Assembly: GCA_036770525.1 (NCBI GenBank)
Contig: DAIPJA010000001.1
Location: 1-41,483 of the forward strand
Source of the DNA: Gudongella sp.
GTDB lineage: Bacteria; Bacillota; Clostridia; Tissierellales; Tissierellaceae
Length of the DNA: 41,483 nt
Reading direction: 5' to 3'
The notes under the pieces were generated by a model that saw only the letters and a list, made by a program, of their open reading frames with translations, had not been told where the DNA came from and made no database searches. Below are positions 1 through 8,852 of the stretch, piece by piece (within the stretch, counting starts at the first letter, position 1; the number at the start of each line of letters is the position of its first letter). A program made the translations under genes and the position numbers.

Positions 1-161
1 CCAGGAGAGGATACCAATGCGTATACTGCCTCAAAGGTCACTCTTCCAAGCGCTTCTGAGGTGGGAGCCATATCTCTCTTCCCTGAGATTTTAAGTCTGT
101 CCAGATATCTCGACCTTGCCTCGTCAACATCCACATTATCGATATAGGTTGTTCTTTCCAT
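1..161 (-). CDS. moeA: Molybdopterin biosynthesis MoeA-family protein, 5' part (runs off the window)
   Basis: ATG at 161 after AGGAGGAG; translates MERTTYIDNVDVDEARSRYL...EALGRVTFEAVYALVSSP, a typical MoeA N-terminus; tandem with the moeA upstream. Confidence 0.75.
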   Translation of the reverse strand, partial: MERTTYIDNVDVDEARSRYLDRLKISGKRDMAPTSEALGRVTFEAVYALVSSP

Positions 162-172
162 TTTAACTCCTC

Positions 173-1399
173 CTAAATAAGGAATACATCCCTTAGCTCG
201 CCCCTATTGATACCTTCCTCGTGCTCCCTTATAACTATATAACCCTGGGAGCTTGAAAGCAGGGTTATCATGCCTGACTTTCCAAAGCTTGGAGTTGCCA
301 GATACTCTCCATTCTCCTTATCCAGACGCACCATGTGATAGGTTTCCTTGCCTGGAGATGAAGGAAAGTTTTGTGTCACCAAAGCCCTAACCTGGGGAAG
401 GATATCCTCCCTGTTCATCAGACTCCTAATAAATGGCTCAACAATAGCCTTGAAGACAACTATGGAGGAAACAGGATGACCTGGTAATCCAACAACCAGC
501 TTACCCTTTCCGTCCCCAACTATAGTAGGCTTCCCAGGTTTTATAGCAAGCCCGTGTATAAGGACTCCTTTACCACCGAGAGCTTCTATTACCTGGTGCG
601 TATAGTCTCTCGTCCCTACTGAGCTCCCCCCGGATAATATAAGCAAGTCACATTTTTCCAGCCCTTCCAGTACACCTTTAAGGAGCTGCTCGTAATCATC
701 CCCGATTATAACCCTTCCAGATATCTCTCCGCCAAGGCTCTCCACCAGTGAACCGATCGAATAGGAGTTGATGTCTCTTATCTTTCCAAGATCAAGTTTC
801 TCACCGATATCGATTACCTCATCACCTGTTGAAATTATATGGACCCTGGGCTTTTTATAAACATTGACCTTACTTATGCCAAGGCTTGCAAGCACCCCTA
901 TCCCTTGGGGCGTCAGTTTGTAACCCTTTCTAAGGACTGTCTGACCGATCCTGACATCCTCTCCCTTAAACAGAATGTTTTCTCCTACAGATACGGGCTT
1001 GTAAATAAGGAGTGTATTGTCGTCCATTTTTTCGGTATTTTCTATCATCACCATTGCCGTAGCACCTTTAGGGATCATCCCTCCTGTAGGCACATAAACG
1101 GCTTCACCGCTTTTTATATGTAGTTCCGCTTCCTCGCCCATCCTTACCTCCCCCTTAATAATAAGAAGAGAGGGGATAGAGTCCGTTGCACCGTGACTGT
1201 CCTCGGCTAGTATTGCATAACCGTCCACTGTTGATCTGTCAAATCCAGGCACATCCTCTTCGGATACCACATCCTCCGACAAAGTTCTGCCAGTGGTCTT
1301 CTCCAGCTCCAACTCCTCGCTCTGGAGAGCATATCCGGAGAATTCATCCAGAACCAGTTTTCTTGCATCTTCAACTGAAGATACCTTAAAGAACTCCAT
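173..1399 (-). CDS. moeA: Molybdopterin molybdotransferase MoeA (gephyrin-like)
   Basis: Motifs PGFDRSTVDGYA, PTGGMIPKGA, STGDE, SGGSSVG, KPGKP, GLPGHPVS. Confidence 0.93.
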   Translation of the reverse strand: MEFFKVSSVEDARKLVLDEFSGYALQSEELELEKTTGRTLSEDVVSEEDVPGFDRSTVDGYAILAEDSHGATDSIPSLLIIKGEVRMGEEAELHIKSGEAVYVPTGGMIPKGATAMVMIENTEKMDDNTLLIYKPVSVGENILFKGEDVRIGQTVLRKGYKLTPQGIGVLASLGISKVNVYKKPRVHIISTGDEVIDIGEKLDLGKIRDINSYSIGSLVESLGGEISGRVIIGDDYEQLLKGVLEGLEKCDLLILSGGSSVGTRDYTHQVIEALGGKGVLIHGLAIKPGKPTIVGDGKGKLVVGLPGHPVSSIVVFKAIVEPFIRSLMNREDILPQVRALVTQNFPSSPGKETYHMVRLDKENGEYLATPSFGKSGMITLLSSSQGYIVIREHEEGINRGELRDVFLI

Positions 1400-2029
1400 T
1401 TATATCATCCTTCCCAATTCAAGTTTGATTTGGTTGTGGCAAAGTCTTTCAGCCTGTTCCATATTGTGGGTTATAATAACTATAGTTGCACCGGTCTCAT
1501 GGTTGTATCTTCTAATTGCCCCTTCCATCCTCAGGGTTGAGTCAGGGTCCAAGTTTGAGGTTGGCTCATCCAGGAGCAAAAGACTGGGCCTTATGGAAAG
1601 TGCTCTCGCCATAGCCACCTTTTGCGCCTCGCCTCCTGAGAGTTGATGCCCTTTCTTTTTTAAAAGATCCTCTATTCCAAGACTTTCAGCTGCCCATAAT
1701 ACTTCTTTACCTATTTTTTCCTTGCTCTTATTGCGAATTTGCAGAGGATAGGCAATATTGTCGTAGACCGTCCTCCTAAAAAGATATGGCTTTTGGAATA
1801 CAAGCGTCATTGACTCTCTTATATGATTGCTTATAGGGAGTCCGTCATAGGTAACCTCCCCTTCGAAGCTGTCGTCAAGTCCTGCAATTATGTGCAGGAG
1901 TGTCGTTTTTCCGGCCCCGTTGGAGCCGGTTACCCCTGTAATCATCCCTCCAGGGACGGTTAGTTCATCTATATCTAAAACCATCGTATTTCGGTATTTT
2001 TTTCTCGTTCCAATCAGTCTAATCTCCAT
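1400..2029 (-). CDS. tupC: Tungstate ABC transporter ATP-binding subunit
   Basis: Walker A GSNGAGKT, LSGGE, LLLDEPT, THN; follows tupA/tupB. Confidence 0.85.
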   Translation of the reverse strand: MEIRLIGTRKKYRNTMVLDIDELTVPGGMITGVTGSNGAGKTTLLHIIAGLDDSFEGEVTYDGLPISNHIRESMTLVFQKPYLFRRTVYDNIAYPLQIRNKSKEKIGKEVLWAAESLGIEDLLKKKGHQLSGGEAQKVAMARALSIRPSLLLLDEPTSNLDPDSTLRMEGAIRRYNHETGATIVIITHNMEQAERLCHNQIKLELGRMI

Positions 2030-2721
2030 TATTCTTCCTCCTGACTATATGAGTAAATCAGGCTGTGGATCCCAAAGGAAACCACAAGTAGGATTATCCC
2101 AAGAGCAATTGCCATTGGATAATCTCCCATGGAGTTCATCATTGATATTGCGGTTGTCATCACCCGGGTCTGTCCCTTGATATTCCCGCCTACTATCATT
2201 ACTGCCCCTACCTCAGATATGGCTCTTGAAAACGCGGTAGCAACATTCACGAGAATGTCGATTTTTAATTCTCTAATAATCAGGATCACTGAATCGAGTC
2301 TGTTTCCCCCAAGGGTCCTCGAAACTTTTTCCAGGGGGGTCCCTCTATTTTTGGAAAGGTTGTATGTAAGCCCAAGTATAAGCGGTATTACAAGTATCGT
2401 TTGAGCGATTATCATCGCTGCAGGGGTGTAAAGAAGCCTTAAATATCCGAATGGCCCTCTTCTTGCCAGAAGCAGTGCTACCACGAGACCTACGATCACC
2501 GAGGGGATGCTCATGAAGGTATATACAGTTCTTGAAAATATTCTTTTGCCTCTAAATGGCTTTATACCAAGATAAACCCCCAGAGGAACAAAAATAAGTG
2601 AGGCGACCACGGTAGCACTTGTGGATACCAGAAGCGACAGTGCGATTATTCTATAAACCTCGCTATCAAATCCAGCCAGAAGCCTTATTGCCTCTCCAAA
2701 TCCCTGTGCTATATAATCCAT
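2029..2721 (-). CDS. tupB: Tungstate ABC transporter permease
   Basis: Hydrophobic; RAISEVGAVMIVGGNI...TRVMTTAI motif characteristic of TupB. Confidence 0.9.
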   Translation of the reverse strand: MDYIAQGFGEAIRLLAGFDSEVYRIIALSLLVSTSATVVASLIFVPLGVYLGIKPFRGKRIFSRTVYTFMSIPSVIVGLVVALLLARRGPFGYLRLLYTPAAMIIAQTILVIPLILGLTYNLSKNRGTPLEKVSRTLGGNRLDSVILIIRELKIDILVNVATAFSRAISEVGAVMIVGGNIKGQTRVMTTAISMMNSMGDYPMAIALGIILLVVSFGIHSLIYSYSQEEE

Positions 2722-2772
2722 GATCCCTCACCTCCTTTGTTGGTATATTTACTTTCTAAAGCTTATATTAAA

Positions 2773-3657
2773 CTATTTGCCATAGTTTGGTATAAACAAA
2801 GGCTCTCCATATTCCTCGACCCCAAATTGCGATATAAGCTCCTGTCCTTCTTCTGAAATCAGCCAGTCCATAAACTTCAATGCTCCAGCTTCATTGATCA
2901 TATCTCCCTTGTTTGGATTGACAGGTATTATCCCATACTGATTGAAAAGACCTTCATCTCCCTCGACAACTACCTCCAGCTGAAGTGTATCCTTAAGTGC
3001 AAGGTAGGTCGCTCTGTCGGTCAGGGTATATCCTTGTCTTTCGTCAGCTATCTTAAGGACATCTCCCATCCCTGCACCGGCTTCGATATACCACTCGCCA
3101 GCAGGCTCAATAGAAAGTGCCTTCCAGAGTCCCAGCTCCTTCTTGTGAGTACCTGAGTCGTCTCCTCTCGATACAAATTGGAGTCCCTTTTCATTGATTG
3201 CTGCAAGTGCTGCACCGATATCATTACCATAGATAATTTCGCCATCAGCTGGTCCTACAAGTACAAAATCGTTGTACATTACGTCATTCCTTACTGTACC
3301 ATGGCCTTCCTCAACCAGCTTCAGTTCGTCTGCCTTGGCGTGGACTAAAAGAACGTCAGCTTCGCCATCTCTTCCCATTTGCAGGGCGTTTCCGGTTCCA
3401 ACAGCAATGGTCTTGACCTCGATCCCGGTCTCCTCGGTGAAGATTGGGAGCAGAAAGTCGAGAAGTCCTGAGTCTTGTGTGCTTGTTGTAGTTGCGAGGA
3501 TTATGCTTTCCTCAACGACCGGCTCAGACTCAGCTGCCGGCTCCTCTGCAGGATCATTTGCCGGCGCTTCTGCAGGTGCTTCAGTCTTTGGTGCACAACC
3601 GGACACAGTTCCAAGGACTAGCAAGAGGAGAAGTACATATGTAAGCGTTTTTTTCAT
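2773..3657 (-). CDS. tupA: Tungstate ABC transporter substrate-binding lipoprotein
   Basis: Lipobox VSGC, Pro/Ala/Glu linker, TTTS tungstate motif (LATTTSTQDSGLL), SRGDDSGTH; ATG 3657 chosen from SD AAGGAG. Confidence 0.92.
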   Translation of the reverse strand: MKKTLTYVLLLLLVLGTVSGCAPKTEAPAEAPANDPAEEPAAESEPVVEESIILATTTSTQDSGLLDFLLPIFTEETGIEVKTIAVGTGNALQMGRDGEADVLLVHAKADELKLVEEGHGTVRNDVMYNDFVLVGPADGEIIYGNDIGAALAAINEKGLQFVSRGDDSGTHKKELGLWKALSIEPAGEWYIEAGAGMGDVLKIADERQGYTLTDRATYLALKDTLQLEVVVEGDEGLFNQYGIIPVNPNKGDMINEAGALKFMDWLISEEGQELISQFGVEEYGEPLFIPNYGK

Positions 3658-3687
3658 GATGACCACTCTCCTTTAATTTTGGGAAAC

Positions 3688-3716
3688 AAAAAAGACAACC
3701 AGAAAGAAAGGTTGCC
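3688..3716 (-). terminator. Intrinsic terminator / riboswitch expression platform upstream of tupA
   Basis: Minus strand GGCAACC-tttctttct-GGTTGTC followed by TTTTTT. Confidence 0.75.
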
Positions 3717-3725
3717 TTAATAAAC

Positions 3726-3818
3726 ATCTTCCTTTCCAAACGGGAGGCTTAGAGATTTCCCTCTAAACCCAACGGCATTGGGTCATGGCAATGCTTTAGA
3801 CCTTCGTGCTCGGAAAAT
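3726..3818 (-). ncRNA. Moco/Tuco RNA motif (molybdenum/tungsten cofactor riboswitch candidate)
   Basis: Minus strand attttCCGAGc...GGTCTAA...ATGACC...GGGTttagaggGAAAtctctaaGCCTCCCGTTTGGAAAGGAAgat; P1 AUUUUCC/GGAAGAU and a GNRA-capped stem; lies directly upstream of tupABC-moeA. Confidence 0.85.
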
Positions 3819-4581
3819 TGTTGTAGATATTCAGTTTGTCTCCTCTTGCAAATCCAATAAGTGTGATTCCGGTTTCCTGAGCCAGCCTGACAGCCAGCTC
3901 TGTAGGTGCAGACCTTGAAGCTATAACAGGTATTCCCTGCTTAGCTGCTTTTATTAGCAGCTCTGAGGATACCCTTCCTGCTGTTAGCACCAGCTTGTCA
4001 GACAACTCCTTGCCCTCAAGCCTGGCTCTTCCGATAAGCTTGTCCATTGCATTGTGCCTTCCAATATCCTCCTCCTGAAAGAGAATCTCCGAACTATTGC
4101 ACAAGGCACATCCATGTACGCCTCCGGTCTCTCGAAAGAGCAGAGAGTTCTGATTGAACTCTCTCATTAATTGTAGCACAATACTTGGGTGAATTTCCAT
4201 ACTTTTCTGTATTTTTATAGCCTTTGTCTGATCTACAGCATTATAGAACGAGGTGCCCTTTCCACAACCCGAGGTTATGGTCCTTCTCCCAATAAGCTTT
4301 TCCCTAAGCGGTCTTTTTATTTCTGTATTCACGGTGGCTAGTCCTGCTTCTTCCTCTACGTTAAGCTCTATGATCTCATCTATATCGTCGATGAAGCTTT
4401 CAGACAGAAGGAACCCTGCTATCAACTCCTTGAGAGATGTAGGCGTGCATAAAAGAGTAACAAGCTCCTCACCGTTCAAGTGTATGGTCAATGGGTATTC
4501 GACTATCACCTGATCCTCTTCGATTGTTGATTCTCCACTTCTCCACCGCGAAACCATTACCCTATTCGTCGTTTTCAACAA
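3796..4581 (-). CDS. fdhD: Formate dehydrogenase accessory sulfurtransferase FdhD
   Basis: VEYPLTI, SGCGKG, TGGVHGCA, EDIGRHNAMDK, SAPTELAV, LIGFARG. Confidence 0.93.
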   Translation of the reverse strand: MLKTTNRVMVSRWRSGESTIEEDQVIVEYPLTIHLNGEELVTLLCTPTSLKELIAGFLLSESFIDDIDEIIELNVEEEAGLATVNTEIKRPLREKLIGRRTITSGCGKGTSFYNAVDQTKAIKIQKSMEIHPSIVLQLMREFNQNSLLFRETGGVHGCALCNSSEILFQEEDIGRHNAMDKLIGRARLEGKELSDKLVLTAGRVSSELLIKAAKQGIPVIASRSAPTELAVRLAQETGITLIGFARGDKLNIYNNFPSTKV

Positions 4582-5176
4582 AGGTTCCCTCCTCTGTATA
4601 CTTTAGAAGGTCCTCGCGGGTATTAAGATTAAAAAACATTCCCCAGTCAGGGCTGAAGCTCCTCGCAACCTCCTCAGGTATATACTCAACATTGTGGTTC
4701 ATAAGAAGTCTGTGCACAGCCTTTCCTCCCCCCATGAGAAAGCTTTCTATATGCTCGATCAAAGCCTTACTATAGAAGGCATTAAAGGGCTCGATCCAAT
4801 CGCCGAATTTGGTGATGCAAGCCATTGACTCATTCTTATTCAGCAGCTCCATCATATAATCAATATATTTGGCTTTAATTTGAGGCATGTCGCAGGCTAT
4901 GACGAAGGAATATTCCGAGGAAGCAGCAGAAAGCCCGGCATGGATCCCTGATAACGGGCCCATGTCGGGAATTATATCACCTGTTATTTTATCTGCCAGT
5001 CCAATGTACAGCTCTGGTCTGTTAGTCACCACTATGGTTTCGTCAAAGCTGCCTCCAAGTCTTCTAATAAGCCCTTCGATCAGACTTCTTTCCCGAAGCC
5101 TAAGAAGCTGTTTGTCAAAGCCCATTCGGGTGCTTTTTCCGCCAGCGAGGATTATTGCAGAACCAAAACGCTTCAT
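4562..5176 (-). CDS. mobA: Molybdenum cofactor guanylyltransferase
   Basis: ILAGGKSTRMGFDK, GPLSGI, ACDMP, FFNLNT; ATG 5176 preferred over the longer ORF start 5206. Confidence 0.92.
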   Translation of the reverse strand: MKRFGSAIILAGGKSTRMGFDKQLLRLRERSLIEGLIRRLGGSFDETIVVTNRPELYIGLADKITGDIIPDMGPLSGIHAGLSAASSEYSFVIACDMPQIKAKYIDYMMELLNKNESMACITKFGDWIEPFNAFYSKALIEHIESFLMGGGKAVHRLLMNHNVEYIPEEVARSFSPDWGMFFNLNTREDLLKYTEEGTFVENDE

Positions 5177-5177
5177 A

Positions 5178-5675
5178 TCAATCACCGCTTCTTGCACATT
5201 CTCCATCTCTTCCGGTCATGATCTCCAATCCGTGGTGAACGCTGTCAATTATGAAATCCAGAGATTCTTTCACAGCCTTCGGACTTCCCGGTAAATTAAT
5301 TATCAGCGTGCTTTTGCGTATTCCGGAAACCGCTCTTGAAAGCATAGCGCGAGGTGTAATCTTAAGACTTAGTCCCCTTATTGCTTCCGATATCCCGGGA
5401 GCCATCCTGTCGCAAACACTTACTGTAGCCTCAGGGGTAACATCTCTCATGCTGAATCCAGTACCACCGGTTGTCAGAACAAGGTCTACCTTGACCTCAT
5501 CAGAAAGTCTTATCATTTCCTTAGCCAATAGATCCTTTTCGTCCGGAAGTATACTATAGCTTACGACCTCATAGCCTCTATTCTCCATGATATCCCTGAT
5601 CAGCGCTCCTGAAAGATCTTCTCTGTCTCCCCTGGAGCCCTTATCGCTTGCCGTGATTATACCTACCTTAAACAT
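5178..5675 (-). CDS. mogA: Molybdopterin adenylyltransferase (MogA/MoaB family)
   Basis: ITASDKG, REDLSG, TTGGTG, RDVTPEAT, NLPGSPKAV. Confidence 0.88.
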   Translation of the reverse strand: MFKVGIITASDKGSRGDREDLSGALIRDIMENRGYEVVSYSILPDEKDLLAKEMIRLSDEVKVDLVLTTGGTGFSMRDVTPEATVSVCDRMAPGISEAIRGLSLKITPRAMLSRAVSGIRKSTLIINLPGSPKAVKESLDFIIDSVHHGLEIMTGRDGECARSGD

Positions 5676-5676
5676 A

Positions 5677-6174
5677 TTAACCTCCCCAGGGAAGGGTCAT
5701 GTATTCCTTCATCCTTCTGTCATATTCAGATTTGAAAAGCCTTTCGTGCCCTTCCTCCCATTTCGAGAGCTTAGTGAATATTGCCTTTATCCCCTCGTCC
5801 TTAGCATGCTCGGCGGCTCTCTCATAGAACTCTTTGTAGTCTCTCTCAATTAAATAAGCCATCCTCAGTATTGTAAGGTCAGGGATATCGGACTCCTTAA
5901 GCGTCTCCTCAATATGCTCTGATTCCTCTCTGGCTTTAAATATATCCTCTTCCCTGTCCATGACCTCTCCGGATGTATCAAAGTCTCCGTTGTCCCCATA
6001 AGCCTTAAGCTGTCTTTCCAAATAGGCATAATGCTCCATTTCAACATCTGATAGATCATGGAATAGCTTTTGTGTGGTTGGATTTGAGAAATGTCCAGCC
6101 TTTTCCTTGAAGAAATTGCTGCCGTCCAGCTCCATCTGCATAGCATATTTCAATACCTGTTCATAATCCATCAT
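5677..6174 (-). CDS. Ferritin-like / rubrerythrin-family di-iron protein (no rubredoxin domain)
   Basis: Duplicated E...ExxH pattern (MQME...EMEH; LIE...EEGH); ATGA overlap with the fdhF stop. Confidence 0.8.
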   Translation of the reverse strand: MMDYEQVLKYAMQMELDGSNFFKEKAGHFSNPTTQKLFHDLSDVEMEHYAYLERQLKAYGDNGDFDTSGEVMDREEDIFKAREESEHIEETLKESDIPDLTILRMAYLIERDYKEFYERAAEHAKDEGIKAIFTKLSKWEEGHERLFKSEYDRRMKEYMTLPWGG

Positions 6175-8852
6175 AGCACCTCCTGAACTCTTTCGATCCT
6201 GACTGCTGCCACCTTTAGCTCCGGTATTTTTGCTATATCGTCAGTTGCCGTATTGGTCAGGTAATTTGCCTGCCCCTCAGAGTAATGGAATGGCATGAAT
6301 ACAACATCTTCATCGATCCCATCTGTAACCCTTGCCCTAGCATGAGTTTCGCCTCTTCTTGAGGTAAGCCTTATCATATCGCCTTCTGAAATGCCAAGCT
6401 TATTTGCAGTAGTCTCATTGATCTCGACAAAGGAGCTTGGCGCCAAGGTCATAAGCCCTTCTTCTCTTCCGGTCATAGTCATTGTGTGGTAATGATACAG
6501 GATCCTTCCTGTGGTAAGGATGTATGGATATTCGTGATCTGGCATTTCAGCACTGTCCACATGCTCGACAGGCATGAACAAGCCTCTTCCCCTTGCTATG
6601 GCCGCCTTGTGGAGGAATCTGGTTCCCGGGTGTTCCTCGTTAAGTACAGGCCATTGCAGCCCCCCATGCTCAAGTCGCTTATAGTTGATTCCTGCATAAG
6701 ACGGAGTGAGTGATGCCACCTCTGCCATAATCCTCGCGGGATGGGAGTATTGCTTCTCATATCCCATAAGATTCATTATCTCCATAAGGATCTGCCAGTC
6801 GGGCTTAGCCTCTCCAGGAGCTTCAACTGCCTTTCTTACTCTCTGGACTCTTCTCTCAGTATTTGTGAAGGTGCCATCCTTTTCAGCAAATGCTGCAGCA
6901 GGAAGGACCACGTCGGCAAGCTCAGCTGTTTCAGAAAGGAAAATATCCTGAACTACAAGGAAGTCAACATGCTCCAGAACATGCCTTACATGGTTTGAGT
7001 CCGGATCGGAGACTATTGGATTTTCCCCCATTATATAAAGGAATTTGATCTTGTCCTTTTCGATGGAGTCGAACATCTCGGTTATTGTAAGTCCGACTTT
7101 CCCTGAAAGCTCTCTACCCCAAGCATTTTGAAACTTCTCTATTACCTCGGGCTTGTGGACCTTTTGATACCCGGGGAGATCTCCTGGCAATCCTCCCATA
7201 TCGCAGGCTCCCTGGACGTTGTTTTGTCCTCTTAAAGGATTTACCCCTGCAGATTCTATACCCACATTTCCGCATAAAAGTGCCAGATTGGATATGCTCA
7301 TTACTGAATGAGTACCGGTAGTATGCTGGGTAATTCCCATTGTATAGTAAATACCTGCCTTTTTTGCTTCTCCGTATATATGCGCAGCCTTTTCGATGTC
7401 CTTTGGATCCAGTCCACAGATCTCTCCAACTCTCTCCGGTGTGTAGCTCTCTACCAGTCGTTTAAGCTCCTCATAGTTTTCAGTTCTATCCTCAATATAG
7501 CTCTTATCCTGGAGCCCATCCCTAATTATCACGTGCATAAGCCCGTTCAACAATGCTATGTTGGTACCTGGCTTAAGCTGAAGATACACATCAGCGTAAT
7601 CTGCAAGCTCTATCCTTCTGGGATCAGCTACAATAAGCCTTGCTCCCCTTTTCTTCGCCTGCTTCATCATGGCTCCAATGACCGGATGGTTTTCGGTTGT
7701 GTTGGATCCGATCACAAACATTGCATCCGCAGCCTTGATTTCCTGAATGCTGTTAGTCATTGCACCGCTTCCCAGTGTTATTGCGAGACCCGCAACAGTG
7801 GAGGCGTGTCAGAGACGTGCGCAATGGTCGACATTATTGGTCCCAAGTACTGCTCTGAAAAGCTTCTGGAACAGGTAATTCTCCTCGTTTGTACATCTAG
7901 CAGAGGTAAGGCCAGCAAAGGCCTCCGCTCCATGGTTTGCTTTAGCTGACTTCATTTTTTCGGTAATAAGGCTGTATGCCTCCTCCCAGGAAGCTTCCCT
8001 GAACCTGCCATTTTCCTTGACCAAGGGTTTTGTCAGTCTATCAGGATGAGACAGGAAATTATAGGAAAATTTACCCTTTACACAGAGAAGTCCCTCATTG
8101 TGTGCATCCATTGCGGGATCAACTCCAACAATCTTATTACCCTTTACAACTAAATCCATCTGACAGCCCACTCCGCAGTAGGAGCAAGTAGTTCTTACCT
8201 TATGAGTGTCCCAGTATCTGAATTTTTCTTTCGATTTTGGCTCGAGTGCACCTACAGGGCACACGGATACGCAGTTCCCACAGGATACACAGGTTGAATT
8301 TATAAGACCATCTCCAAAGGGCGTGGACACATTCGTCTCGAAACCCCTCTCCTCAAAGCCTATTGCAGTTGTACCCTGCAGCTCATCGCAAACCCTTACG
8401 CATAGTCCGCAAAGGATGCACTTTCTGGAGTCGAAGGTATAGAACGGATTGGTGTCGTCATACTTCGGAGTTCTTGATGACCATCTGTATGTTCCCTCTG
8501 TTATCCCATACTCGTAGCAGTAATCCTGAAGCTTGCATCGCCCTGATTTTTGGCAGTTGAGGCACTCCAGCGGATGGTTGGATATAAGGAAGTCCAGCAG
8601 CTGTTGCCTTTCCCTTATTACAGGTTCACTATGGGTGTTTATTTTCATACCTTCTCTAAGCAATGTCGTGCACGATGTATGCAGACTTTTCCATCCGTCT
8701 ATCTCAACCACGCAAAGGCGGCAGGATCCCGAGGGGTTAAGTCTTTCGTCATGACACAGAGTTGGAATATCTATCCCTGCCTCTCTGCAGGCCTGAAGTA
8801 CAGTTATTCTTTCAGCAAATTCATAGGGTTTTCCGTTTATAGTAATCTTCAT
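6171..8852 (-). CDS. fdhF: Formate dehydrogenase alpha subunit, selenocysteine-containing (893 aa; UGA at 7809-7811 read as Sec)
   Basis: ORFs 7809..8852 and 6171..7760 are in frame and join as NNVDHCARL-U-HASTVAGL...GSGAMTNS; N-terminal 2Fe-2S/4Fe-4S domains, CSYCGVGC, LRGQNNVQGACDMG, C-terminal molydopterin-dinucleotide-binding domain. Confidence 0.95.
7779..7797 (-). promoter_or_regulatory. Bacterial SECIS-like hairpin
   Basis: UGUUGCG-GGUCU-CGCAAUA begins 12 nt after the in-frame UGA; position and GUUGC..GGUCU core resemble the E. coli fdhF SECIS. Confidence 0.8.

Noticed and set aside
3530..3590. Repeat-like Ala/Pro/Glu stretch in TupA
   Set aside because: Ordinary flexible lipoprotein linker, not a DNA repeat array
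6171..8852. fdhF as a pseudogene or two separate genes
   Set aside because: The stop is an in-frame UGA exactly at the Sec/Cys ligand position with a SECIS-like hairpin
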